Source of the DNA: Felis catus
Taxonomy: Eukaryota
Assembly: GCF_018350175.1 (NCBI RefSeq)
Contig: NC_058382.1
Coordinates: 58,406,001-58,470,000, forward strand
Reading direction: 5' to 3'
DNA: 64,000 nucleotides
The position numbers were made by a program, and so were the translations under genes. The notes under the pieces are model-generated. The model was not told the origin of the DNA. It ran no database searches and saw only the letters and a program-made list of their open reading frames with translations. This document shows positions 1 through 12,740 of the stretch, in pieces (position 1 is the first letter of the stretch; each line of letters begins with the position of its first letter).

Positions 1-559
1 GTGGACGAAGAATTACAAGTCCTCACAAGGGTTCTGGGGGACTAGGGGACCAGACGCGTCCCAGACGCTAGGGCCCATTCCCAAAGGGAGCCATCTGTCA
101 AAATGCCAACCAGCGCAGTTGGCTGGGGGAGCTGTAGGGCAGAGCCCCTCTCCGAGGGTGCTGTGCCCAGATACAGGGAGGAGCTGGTCCTGTCTCTGTG
201 ACCTGGTCACTTGGGGCCCTTCTCAGCTGTCACAGAGGGGCTGCATGGAGGAGGGTGACAGTCCCCATCTGGGCTGCATCAGGAGATGGGGCCAGAGGCC
301 ACGGAGAGGAGGGGAGGTGTGGTTGTTCCGGAACTTTCTGGGCCTAGACGGACATCAGGCAGGCCCGAGTCTCAGCGGGGACCGAGGGTGGGCTGCGATC
401 TGGGACGATCGCGGGACAGCCCGTGATACGGCACAGGGTTGGGGTGGGGGGGCCGTGGTCCTGCAGTCTGGCCTCCTAGCAGACCCCACATGGGTCTGAG
501 AAGCTTGGGTCTTCCTGGTCACTGTGACGCAACCACCCTGTACCCTGGGAGCACCACCG

Positions 560-757
560 AGTCACGGGTGGCTTGGAGGGATGTGGGTCATCTGACAATG
601 GCAAGTCCCCATCAGGTGACAGCAGCCCCAGCCTGTGCCCGAGAACCACCTGGCCGAGCCCACGCATCCCACAGAACTGGGAGGAAATAGAACACAGTCG
701 TCGTTTCAAGCCACTTAGCTTTGGGGCATTTGTTACACGGCAACAGATTGCTGAGAC
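560..757 (+). mobile_element. MaLR LTR fragment (MLT1-like, 3' end)
   Basis: Terminal motif tttcaagccacttagctttggggcatttgttacacggcaacagattgctgagaca resembles the MLT1 LTR 3' end. Confidence 0.6.
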
Positions 758-2588
758 AAGCTTCTCTGGAGTGCCAAGCATAGATGTGATCTGAGTTAAT
801 GCTTTGTTTAAGCTTGGCCTTAGTTTGCTGCAGTCAGATTTATGAATTATTCCGCAGGTCCAAAAAAGCACAGAGCATGAGAAAACGTGCACCTACAACT
901 TGCTATATTTGCTCGGGTTTCTGTTGTTGCCGTGACAGACACTCGAAGCTCTGTGTGTCCCCCTCCCCAATCTCACCCCCTTCCCGGCCTGTCCTCCTGG
1001 CTGCGAGGCTGACCGTCCTGCTGTGCCCTGCTGGATACCTGTGCACTCACAGCCGGTCTGCAGTTGCCTGGGTTTGCCTCTGGGGGCGCCGTGCCAGCCA
1101 TTTTACAGATGCGGAAATGGGGCTCGGAGAGGTGGACCGAGGCTGCCGGGCTGGAGAGGGGCAGGGCTGGCCTCTCTCGCCAGGACCCCCCAGCACGGGG
1201 TGAGTGGCAGGTGGCTCCTTCTTTCCGGGGGAGCTTTGGTGTGCGTGCGTGTGCTCGCACGGTGCTGCGGGATGTTGGGAACGTGGGCCATGGGACTGGG
1301 GATTGGGGATTGGGGATGGGGCGCCTGGAGTTTATTCCCCGAGGGTGGACGGGAGCGGCCCTGGCGAGGCCACGGCCGGGGCCGGGGGCCGGGTACACGG
1401 GACTGGTTGTGCCACCCTCTCCCTTTTTAAATCACAATTTTTCCTTTGTATTCATTTCATATATTAAGCGAAATGCAGATAAATGCGTTCTCCTTCACAC
1501 AGGACACAGTAAGTGTTCTAGATATAAATAAACACTGGCTGGAAACACTCTTGCCAATGTGAGTCTTACAATGATAATTCAGTTTTCTTCAAATGTCTCC
1601 ACATATATGTTTGAAAATTCCCTAAGTAAAAGTTACAAAAGAAACACAGGCCCTGGGGAGACAGGCCCCAGGAGACGGGGACTAACTAGGTGGCTGCACG
1701 GGGGGACGGTCTGTGCTGGGCTGTCTGCCCCAGAGGGTCCCTCCCCGAGAGCCTTTGCTGCTCTGAGGTCATCAGCAGGGCCACAGGGGCTCAACCCCAC
1801 CCTGGGGGAGGCTGAGACGCCCCCTCTTCACGCCCCAGGCTGGGTCTGGCTCCCTCCTCAACGCTCCTCAAATGCCCAGGGCCCTCCAACGTCCATGACC
1901 ACGCTGTCCCAGCAGTTTTGTGCCCCTGGGGGATGGTGTGAGGGCTTGGCTGGGGGCCGGCAGCAGTGAACGAGTCTCATCCCTGCGTCCTGGTCAGCAC
2001 GCGAACCTGGGGAGTTGGGAAAGAGCCTCACTTTGCCTTCAGGGAGCAGCCGTAACTTTGGGAGAACCAGACAGATTGGAGCTCACGCCCCTGATGAGCT
2101 GGCCTGGGTGCCGGGCCCCACGTTAAGTTGCGTGGCCTCCCGAGGCAGACGCCTTGTACAGAGGGAGGGCTGAGGCTGGTGGCGGTGCCTCACTTGCCCC
2201 AGGGCTTGGGCTGGAGGTGGCAGGGCCTGGGTTTCTACCCGGCAGTCAGGCGTCCCTCGCCGCCCTCCATGCGCGCTGCGGCCGGAAGTCAGCACGTGAG
2301 CGCAACTGTCCCTGCCCGGGGACCATCGGGGCTGCCCGTCGGGGGAGCGGGCAGAAAGTGGCCACAGGCAAAGCAGCATCTGCCCACAGATGCAGAGTCA
2401 CGAGATTCGATTTATACGTCACCAAAGTAAAAACCTTCAAGAGACACCATTACGGAAATTAACGGACAAGCCACAGACTAGAAGAACTCATTTGCGAATC
2501 ATGTATCTGAGAAAGGACTGAATACAGAAAGAAGCCTTAAGACTCAATAATAAGGAGGCAAGTAACTCAATTAAAAACTTAAGTTTAA

Positions 2589-2798
2589 GGGGCGCCCGGG
2601 TGGCTCAGTTGGTTGAGCCTCTGACTCTTGATTTCAGCTCAGGTCATGATCCCAGGGTCGTGGGATCGAGCCCTGAATTGGGTTCTGCACTGAGTGTGGA
2701 TCCTGTTTGGGATTCTCTCTCTCTCCTTCTCCCTCTCTCTTTCTCCCTCTGCCCCTCCCCTGCTCATGTTCTCTCTCTCTCTAAAAAAAAAAAAAAAA
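2589..2798 (+). mobile_element. CanSINE
   Basis: tRNA-derived head ggggcgcccgggtggctcagttggttgag, (CT)n tract, poly-A. Confidence 0.92.
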
Positions 2799-2850
2799 GA
2801 AAGACACTTAAATTTAAGTTACAAAATTACATTCAAAACAGATCTGAATA

Positions 2851-3072
2851 GGGGCGCCTGGGGGGCTCAGTCGGTTGAGCGTCCGACTTCGGCTCAGGTC
2901 ACGATCTCGCGGTCTGTGAGTTCGAGCCCCGCATCGGGCTCTGGGCTGATGGCTCAGAGCCTGGAGCCTGTTTCCGATTCTGTGTCTTCCTCTCTCTCTG
3001 CCCCTCCCCCGTTCATGCTCTCTCTCTGTCCCAAAAATAAATAAACGTTAAAAAAAAAAATTAAAAAAAACC
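2851..3072 (+). mobile_element. CanSINE, young feline type (SINEC_Fc-like)
   Basis: CpG-intact body with ctgggctgatggctcagagcctggagcctgtttccg; perfect target-site duplication aaacagatctgaatag on both sides. Confidence 0.93.
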
Positions 3073-3642
3073 AAACAGATCTGAATAGACAGGACACCAG
3101 AGATGTACGCGGGGGCAGGGAGCACGAGAGAAACGGAACGCTCAGGGTCCTTAGTCGTCAGGGAAATGCAAATGAATGCCACGGAGAGGTGCCACCTCAC
3201 ATGCATCAGGGTGGCCGTCAGAGTAATAAAGGGACCCAGCACATGTTGGGGAGGCTGTGGGGAGGCTCTGCCATCGCTGCTGGGAATGTAAACTGATGCG
3301 GCCACTCTGGAAAGCAGCCAAGAAGAGTCTTCAAAGGCTAAACAAACATACCATGATTCCACCCGGCGGGGGGGGGGGGAGCGGGGGGCGCAATGACATT
3401 CTGGGTCCTCGCAAAGACTGGTGCACGCATGCTCACGGCGGCTGGCTCCACAACCCACAGGTGGAAACAGCCCGGTGACCGTCCAGCGAGGGCATGCGGG
3501 GCGTTACTGAGCCGCGAGCTTGAGACCCGGAAACGCTCACTTCAGTCGGATTGAAAACTCGCGAGTGTTCGAGTACGCAAGACGGTGAGCGCTCAAAGCT
3601 GATGTTAACTTTGGGAAGTTACTTTTGGCCAAATATTTCAAA

Positions 3643-3855
3643 AGAAAAATTTTTTATTGTTGATTTTTGAGAGACAGAGAGAGACAGAGTGTGAGCAGGG
3701 GAGGGGCAGAGAGAGAGGGAGACACAGAATCCGAAGCAGCTCCAGGCTCCGAGCTGTCAGCACAGAGCCCGATGCAGGGATCGAACTCACAAACTGTGAG
3801 ATCATGACCTGAGCCGAAGTCGGGTGCTCAACCGACTGAGCCACCCAGGCGCTCC
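3643..3855 (-). mobile_element. CanSINE
   Basis: Reverse-complement head (gactgagccacccaggcgc), (GA)n tract, TSD aaatatttcaaa. Confidence 0.92.
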
Positions 3856-6800
3856 TAATAGCTAAATATTTCAAATGCAAAATCACAGAAATTATTTTTT
3901 AAAAGGCTCCAGAGCCAATGGTGTTTAATAGTAGGTGTGGGTGAGACTTTTCACCAGTGTCCAGGACTCTGGGGTGAGGCCTGGCAAGGCAGGAGATTTG
4001 GAAGCAGCAACCTGGGCTGGGGTTGGGGTCATGAGTGTGGAGAAACAGGGGGAGTCCCTGGTGGGGGCAGGGATGAGATTTGCGGGTGGGGGGACAGGAA
4101 GGGGCGTCCCTGAGGGGTCAAGGGCTGGATATATGGGCAGTGGATGGGGGACAGGAGGAATCAAGGACGGGTCCCCATCCTGTGTCTCCTTCAGCCCGTG
4201 GGTGAATTTGCTTTGCTGAATTCATTTCTATTTTGGCAAGTTCAAGCAAACAGCAGATCTGGGAACCATCTTGAAGACAAAAACATTGGTACTTGGTGAT
4301 CTGTAGTGAGTTGGCTGCTTCTGATCGGCACTCTTGTTCATGTACTAGTATGTTCTAAAACGACAGCAATGCCACTTATGTGAAGTCATGTCTGGGGACC
4401 TCACCCGTCCACACCCCGAAGCCCTGTGCCAAAGACCACCCAGCAGTCGGAGCTAAGACCCGATCCAAACCTTTTGCCTTTGTTTTACATATTATTGAAC
4501 GAGTCTGGTTTCTCCAGCTCAGCTTAGAGGGAGTCATTTCAGAGGGGGTCTGGATGGGCCAGGGGAAAGCGAGGGCAGGGAAGGACATGGACCGCAGACG
4601 CCCTAGGCAGCAGGGGCGGGTGAAGGTTCTGGACCAGAGAAGAACGAGGAACTAGGAAAGCAGACCCAAGGCTCAGAAAGTGTGGCCCCTGGGGACAGCG
4701 GAGACACAGTCTTCCATGCTCAACAGGGCCTCAGGGTGTCGCCATTCAACTGTCCAGCCTCGTACCTACCGGTCACCATTTGTCACGGAGAAAAGGATGA
4801 AGGTCATTGGCAAACATTTCCCACGTAAAACCATCAGACTACGTGTGAGCACCGTGTCTGACGGGTGACGTTCAGGTGCCTGAAGCCCTGAGTGACAGAT
4901 TTCTTCCCAGAGTCCAGATGGGTGAGCTTTCTGCACATTTTGGAACGAGAGGGGAGCCGCCGACACTTCAGACCGGGCTCCCCACTGCTCCGGGGTTACT
5001 CTGCAGGGCACCCCAAGCTGGAAGCCTTGGGGCTCTTTGTTCAAGCTCCGCCTGGCTTAGCCGCTCCACGGGCGGCTTCAAAGTTAACCTTTCTCAGGGC
5101 ATCACGGCGGCCCCGTGGAGTGCAGGGCCCGGGCACCTTGCCCAGGGGCCGAGCCAAGCTTTGGTGTCCGTCTTCCTCGAGGCCTTGGGCAGGCACGGCG
5201 GCTGACTCACCACCCTCCACAGTGTAGTCCTGGCCTCCCGTGGGCTTAGGGACAGCGCCCGCAGGGTAGGGCTGGGAGGGAAACGAGGGTGCTCGCCCAA
5301 GGGGGCCCGAGCTGTCCTGCAGGACACCGTTTCCGTGGTCGGCGTGGGGCTTTCCGGGAGGCCCTGCTGCGGGGAGGAGGGGGGGTGGCCTTCTCTCCCA
5401 GGCAGCTGGTCTCCAGGGGCCCACCCCTCAGTCCCCGGAGGCAGGGGGCCAAGGGGCTCATAGCTCTCAGCCTTGGCACAGGCGCCAGGGGTGGGGCCAG
5501 GGGGCCCCAGCTATGCCAAGGATGTCTTCCTCTCAAGTGTCTGATTTCACTCACTCATTCATCAAACGCTCCCCGGGCGCCTGCCACCAGGCACCTGCCG
5601 GGCAGACTGTAGGGCTGCATCATCCCACAGAAATCTAACTCCTGCCCCCGGTGCCGCTTACGGATTTCCTAGCAGCCTTGTTAAAAGGAGTGAAAACAAG
5701 ACAGGCAAAGTGCATTCTAGGGGTCTTTTTCGTTTAACCCAATGTCTCCAAAAACGATCGTTTCAACGTGTAATGGGCACGCGGCCTGGCGAGCTGCCGA
5801 GGCCGGCCCGCATTTGGCGACCGAGGAGACCCCAGCGCACACCCACCCGATGGACGCCAAGTACCGGCTCTGGCCGCGGCGCCGAGAACTCTTCCCAGCT
5901 CGTGCGGTGAAGGAAGCGGGCAGCATCTGGGAAACTCATCCCCCGCCGCCCAGCCACTCCACCGAGGGGTCTGTGTCCTGGGACACGCGCACGGGCAGGC
6001 AGGCGCAGGGCTGTTCGCCCAGCACCGTGGGTCAAACCGCCAACTAGGAACTGCCGTCCATCAGAAGGATGAACGGACACCCTGGGGCGTGGACAGGCGG
6101 TGACCTCATTCGGCGGAAGATCGCACGGCGGCCAAGGGGACGCGACCCAGACCCGGGGGTGTCCGCACGGGAAATACTCAAAGGCACAGCGAGTAGGGAA
6201 ACGCACGGACGGCGTGATGTCAATTGGAACACTTTGGGAAAAAGACCAGGTGGAAGTTGCACACCCCCGCAACGCGACCCGACTCGCAGGGAGCCTCCGG
6301 GGAGCACTGGACTCCGGGAAGGGGGAGGAAGCCAGAGGCGGTCTCAGCTCAACATTTTAGCTCCGAGCAAAGTCAGCAACTGCGGCGAGGGGCTCCTGAG
6401 GGTCGTACAAGAGCGCGCGTGAAGGTGTTCTCCGAACGAAAAACTAAAGAATGGCCTCGCGGAGGTCACCTGCCCACCCCGCCGTTCGGTGTCCCCCCCT
6501 CAAAGATGGGGTGAGAGTACCTACATCACCCAGCTGATGTGGAGCCAAAGCGTGGCCATTTTTTCACGACCAGCGTCTGAATCGCAGCCGTGAATATTTG
6601 TGGAGTGCTTAGCGTGTGCCCGGCACTAACGAAACGACCCGATAGCGACGAGGACATTTTACAGATGAGGGCGGAGAGGTGGCCCAGCGTTGCCGGGGTT
6701 TGAGCTCAGCCAGCCAGATTCAGAACTGGCCTTTTCACTCCCTTGCGCCTACTCGGTGCTGATTCGCTCTCCCTTCCCAGACGCGGAAACCACTTTTCAA

Positions 6801-9800
6801 GCCTGCAGGTGCTTGGGGCCCCGGCTAATCCCCGGAGAGGCAGGTGGGTCTTGCTCTGGCTGCAGATGGCCCTCCCCTGCACGGACAAGCCCGCCTGGGG
6901 ACCAAAGAGCCACCTGCCGACTTTAGCCCCTGCCCCCGCCCCCCCACCCCCATGCGGCCAGCACACCAAGTTCAAAGGAGTGCACCAAGTTAAGACTGAG
7001 GCCATCAGCAGCCCCACCTTTGTCTCCGGCTATAAAAATATTCACCAGGATGGGGGTCTACACGGAAGGGGGTTCTGAGTCCTAGATCCACCTTCAAGGT
7101 CCCCCCCCCTGCCCCGCCCCCGGGGCCTTGGAGAGCGGCTCACTTGGCTGGAAGGCCTGGCTGCCTCATCTGGGGAGCAAAGGAAGTGCCTGCTCCCCGC
7201 AGCATAAAGACAAAACCCGAAGGCTTGGAGGGTCGCTGCTGGGCGGCCACACAACTGGGCAAACAGGTGAACGTCGTCTCCCTCCCGGGGCGCTGCTCGC
7301 CGACAGCGAGAAGGTGAACTTTCTTTTCAACATTCCATTTAATTTCAGTATCTCATTTAAACTGGACCGAGTCCCACTGAAGTGTGGTTGCCACTTCTTT
7401 CTCTGGTACAACCGTCCATCATCTTTAGGTTAACCAACCCCCCCCCCCACACACACCAGGGTGTATCTGGCTTCTGGTATAAGACAATAAAAACCCACGT
7501 TTAAAAATTCACAAGCAGAGGTCCAGAAAAGTGTCTGGCATCCCGTGGGCACCCAGGAGGTGGTGTTATGTACCGAGAGGAGTTGCATGGTGAGGGCAAG
7601 TAGAGAGGGCTCTTCCTAAAACTTAGAGAGGTCTGGAGATGGGGCAGGGGACGGGCTGCTCTTCCCTCCAAGCCCCTCGCAGACGCCCCCGCGAGGCTCC
7701 CAGTGGCAGCCCCCTTACCTCTAGGAGAAGAGATCAGCGGCCGTCTTGCGTCTCAGGCTGGGGACGGTAGCTTGTGTTTCTGGGATGGCCATCTGGGCTG
7801 TGGCTGCTGTCCCCTGCTGGCCTGGCCCTCGCCCGACTCTGCCCATTTGGACTAAATGCCTGGCCTTTGCAGAGAAGGGAAATTATCTCTAAGCTCAGGC
7901 CTTCCAATGGCCCCCGTGACTTTCGGAAGCTTACTCCGTGCGATTAATCCCTGGCTCATATCCCCAGTTCCCGGCCTTGAGGACAGAGGAATGGACAGAC
8001 TGGAGATAGAATCCACGTGGCGAAGGGAGTCAAAACCACGACGGTGGTGGTGGGGGCGGGGGGGAAGAGGTGGAGGAGGTCACTATTTCTGAAAAGCTCT
8101 CCTGGGAAGGAGGCCCTGGGGGCTGCCGCCAGGGTCAGAAGGGGATTGCGGGACACAGCTTATGTGTAACAGAAGGGGAAATTTCTGGCAATCGGAACGG
8201 GGCGATGAATTGCCTCGAGACCCAGTGAGTCCCCAAGTCCGGGTGTGCCTGGCACTCTGTCACCACACTGGGGCGGGTCTCCCCTCGTGAGGGAAAGCAG
8301 AAGAGGCGGGGTGCTCCAAGGACGCCCGCGTGAGGTGCTGACAGGCAGTGCCGGGGCGAGAGGGCAAGGCTGATCCTGACCTGGGGGCTTCGACCTGTCA
8401 CAGGCCAGGGCAGAGAGCAGACGAGCACAAGGACACGCTGTGGGCGGAGCCACAGGACTTCACACGTGGCCAAGGGCTGTGTCTGGTAATAAGACAGGCC
8501 TGGCCGAGAGCAGGGATTTCCAGTAAGCTGGTAAGAAGCGAGTCAGCCGTGGCCAAGGACAAGCCAAGGACGCTTGCTCAGGCCTGCGAGGCCCACCTGC
8601 GTCCAGTCGCCATGCCACTTCTGGGAAGGCAGCAAGCAGATGGGCCTCTTTTCCCAGCAGGCTCCCCAGGCCACCACTTAGCTTCGGAGACTCCGGAGCA
8701 GGAATGAGGGCATCGCTACAAGGCTCTGAGCCTGCGGGAGTGAAGATCGTTCCTGGAATGAAAGCCTCTGTGGACCCCAGGAGGCCGAGGCAGCGGAGAG
8801 GCCCGGGGGGTACTGGCGTGCTGGGCCGTCCAGGGCCCAGACCCCACCGCCACGCCGACAAGCAGCTGGAACCAGAGGCAGATGGGGCTGGAGAGGGGCG
8901 GACGTGGGTCTCCTGCTCCCTGTGGGAAGCCTCGGTGTCTGAGGACCCGTGACTCAGGCCCTGAGGCCCTGGTCACTGCTGTGGGACACCTTTGTGACTC
9001 TCCCTTCCTAGAGTTTCTTTAGGGGCCCCGCAATTCCAGTGCTTCAGCAAATGCCGTGCTGGGGTGTGTAGTCCACAGGTGTAGACGTTGCTGATGGCTG
9101 AGCTCGGCCTCTGCTCATCTCACCCGCCCCCCTCCCTTGGCCACTTCAGGCGGCATTCGTCATGACAGAACCGATCTAGGGGACAGGAGCTGAGGCACAG
9201 TTGAACCCAAGGTCCCCGGGGTAAGCGAGGGAGCCCCAAGGCACCTCTGAAGCGGGAGGGAAACGGCCACGGGGCCATTTTCCAGGCCGGTCCGGCCTTC
9301 TGCAGTTCCGTTGACTCCACGAGTGTCAGCACCAGCCTGGCTCAGCCGCTCTCCCGCCCCTGCTCCAGCAGACGGGACGCAGGTGAAGCGGCTGCCACAC
9401 AGAGCAGGAAAGGCCTGGAGGACCGTCCTACCTGCCTTCAGTCCCCTCAGCCCTCGCATCCTCAGCTGGGATCTCAGTCCCTGTCCCAGGGCCCGGCCGG
9501 CAGCAGCAGCAGAGGCCTGGCCAACCCTGCCTCCACTCGTACCTGGTGAGCGTGTACTTCCTGCCACAGGCACACCGCAGGAAGGAGGCCCTGCGTTTGG
9601 GGCTTTCGTATCCTGTATCCTGTCAGAGCCTGGGCGGCTGGGTGGCCAGGCCTGTCAAGGGCAGGGTGGGGCAGGTCCCCAGCAAAGGCCCTGTGGCCAC
9701 GGACTGGGGAGGTTTTTGCCTGCCCTGGGGCTGGAAGTTCCTGCTTCAGGAAAGCTAAGTGTGTCACCAGGAAAACAGTTCCCTGGCCCTGGGAGGGGCG

Positions 9801-11659
9801 GGGGGCTGGCGGATCCGTCCCTCTGAGGGTGGAGGTGAGCCGTGTTGTGCCTGTCAGCCTGTGGCGCTCCTTCCCCAGTGACTCAGCAAACCAGAGTGGC
9901 GGCCCAAGCGTCTGGGGTGCCGGGGAGGTCTGGCCCCAGCTGACGGCTCCGGTGGAGCGGGGACGATACATGACAAGATTTATTCAGCTCCAGGCTTAGC
10001 CAGTGACCCTCGATCTCCCACCCAAATTAACCCACACACAGTGAGACAGAGAGCCCGGCTCTGCGGGGGGAGCTCGTCAGGGGTCATTTCCAGGCCTCCT
10101 CCCTGCGGTGTGTTTCCGGGGGCCCGGAGTGGGTATGGGTTCCCCGGGGGGGGGGGGGTTCAGCGAGCGGGAGCAGCTGCTGGCATCTCCGGGGGGTGGC
10201 AGGTGAGGCGGTCAGGGAGGCCCCAGGGAGCCTCTTGGCCGTCAGCACAGACGGAACTTGCACAGAATAACGTTTCCCTATTCTGAGTCTCTGGAACGTT
10301 CCTCCCCTGCCCCCCACCCCATGGAGCCTGTGCAGGCAGCACCCCGACTTCCTCCCTGAGGCCTCAGGGATGCGAATGGAAACTGTGCAATACTAGGCAG
10401 TCAGCTGAACCCTGGCCCCCAGGCCCAAGCCCCATGCCTGTGGGTTCCCACACACACTGCCGGCCTCCTCCAACACCTGTGCCTGCTCCTCTGCGCCCAC
10501 CCCATCGCCCCCACCCACACTGCTGGGGCGGGTCCCTCCCTGCCACCCTGGCCTTGGCTTGGTCCTGCCTCCCTGACTGCTCAGGTGGGCACCCCCCAGG
10601 GACGTGGCTCTGCACCTCGGCTTCCAGCTTCCCCAGAGCGATGGCTCTTGCCTATGAACTCAGCCCCTTCCTGGCCGCAGAAGGGGGCCTGCAGCCCTGC
10701 CTGCGTGCGGCCCGTGTGCACGGTGGGCTGCTTGGGAGAAACATCCGGGAAGGGAGCCAAGGGACCCCTTGCTGAAAATGGGGAAATGCGCAGGCAGGTC
10801 CTAACTTCCTTTGGGTCCTGGCCTTCTCCCCATCTGCCTTGCTGTCCTGGTCCCACAACCAAAACACCCTCCTCCCCTCTTCTCTGCTTCCAGCCTCCCC
10901 ACTGTCCTGGGATCAGCCCTGCCTCGGTTTCCCTCTGCCTAGCTGTGAGCAGTGGCACAGAGTGTGGCTGCGTTGGCAGGTGCACCAGCCCACCTGGATA
11001 GCCGCACTTGAGCCCACAATTATGACGAAGAACACCACCATCCCTCCCGGATAATCCTGTAAAGCCTGGATGAACAGTGCCTTCCTCCCGGGGCTCCAGC
11101 CGGCACAGAGCTGGCTCATAAAGGCACCCCAGGTCTCCAGGACTGTCGAGGAGCCCTTCTGAAAACTACCTCTTAGCACAGACGTAATTTAGCAGAGAGC
11201 TTGACCACGGGGCAGCCATTTTATCAGCAGGATCTGCAAATGACTTTGGGCTCCTCAGAAGGCAGGTGCTGAGTAAATTCCAGGCATTATGGGTGATTGA
11301 GAGAACAATTCCACTCTGGAAAGACTAGGTCTGAACTTCGGGACAGGACAAGGAGGGAGGCCGGGATGGCGGAGGCAGGCGGCCACAGGAGGGGTCTTCC
11401 TTTAAGTCCTGCAGAGGTACATGTCCTACGTAGGCTGGGAGAAACCCAGCCGAGGTCCTCACATCAGTAACTGCTGCTCCCTGTTTGGCTGGGCCAGGCA
11501 TTCAAGCGCAATCTCAAGCTTCCGCTACTCCAGGAAAGAAGGAGCCGGATGCTGTGTCTCGGGGGGGGGGGGTGGTTCTGACCCTGAGTCACGGTTGTGT
11601 GAAGCGGTCCGGGGATCACTGGGGCATTTGAGCTGTGCACACGTGGACGGTTCTGCTTC

Positions 11660-12050
11660 CTGACATTTTCTTCCCGTTAACAAACAGACTCCCGTGTTTT
11701 TAATTTGCTTCCCCTTGATGACATTCGTGGAGCACATTTTCATACGCTCGCTGGCTGTGTGGCTGTCTTCTTTTGGGAAGCGCCTGATCAGCCGGGCTGT
11801 CTATTTTTAAAGACTGATCTGTAGTTTTTTAATATATTTGGGTAGACACGTTGGAGTTTTCGGTTGAGTAACTGCATCATAAATCTTTTCTTCTGCCCCG
11901 TGGCCTCCCTTTTCACAACCCTGATTATGTCTTTTAAATGAACAAAAGCTCTTGATCTCAGCAGAGTACAACGGATTGTTTCTTTATAGGTCCTGTTGAA
12001 AAATCTTTGCTGAGCCCATGTCATGAATACATTCTTCTGTTACCTTCTGG
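11660..12050 (-). mobile_element. Old L1 fragment
   Basis: Antisense L1 phrases ttttaatttgcttccccttgatgac..gagcacattttcatacgctcgctggc..tcttcttttgggaagcgcctg. Confidence 0.55.
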
Positions 12051-12543
12051 AAGCTGTATCGTTTTAGACATAGACCAATAATCCACGAGATGCCACCACA
12101 AATCACCAAAATGTCTGAAATTAAAGACTGCCAACACCAAGGGTTGAATTTAGGAGACGAATGTAAGTGAGCAACGTAACACTTCGGAAATAAACTGTTT
12201 ACGTAGTCCAGCAAATATGAATTACGCTCTTATAAAGGGATCTCATGGCACACCTCTTTCAATTAATTCAAATCTAAGACTTGAGAATTCAAAGATCCAG
12301 AGTTCTGACATTTAGGGAGAGGTAGTTAGAAGGATATCAGCACATGGTGAGAGTTCAGATGACTTTTAGTTTGTACCTTTTTTTGTCTGGGCTGATCCGC
12401 AGTAGGTCCCTGTGGGTATGTCTTAATACATGGGGGCCAGGGCGGGGCTCTGGGGAGCCACACGAGTCTCACTATAAAGGCACCTCCTGGAAAGGAGCAG
12501 CACAGGACAGACTGGAGCCCAAACTTTGAAAATTAAAGACGCA

Positions 12544-12740
12544 GGGCGCCTGGGTGGCTCAGCCGGTTAAGCGTCCGGCTTTGGCTCAGGTCACGATCTC
12601 AAGGTTTGTGGGTTCGAGCCCCGCGTCGGGCTCTGTGCTGACGGCTCGGAGCCTGGAACCTGCTTCCGATTCTGTCTCCCTCTCTGCCTTTCCCCGCTCA
12701 CGCTGTCTCTCAAAAATAAACAGACATTACAAAACAATTT
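12544..12740 (+). mobile_element. CanSINE
   Basis: gggcgcctgggtggctcagccggttaagcgtccg head, A-rich tail, TSD-like ttaaagacg. Confidence 0.92.

Larger units (their letters stand above)
2440..3480 (+). mobile_element. Old L1 fragment (ORF2 3' region) interrupted by two SINEs
   Basis: L1-like phrases gacaagccacagactagaaga, cagggaaatgcaaatg, gctgggaatgtaaactgatgcggccactctggaaagcag. Confidence 0.7.

Noticed and set aside
2589..2680. tRNA-like A/B-box sequences at SINE heads
   Set aside because: They continue into SINE body, (CT)n tract, poly-A and TSDs, so they are tRNA-derived SINEs rather than tRNA genes.
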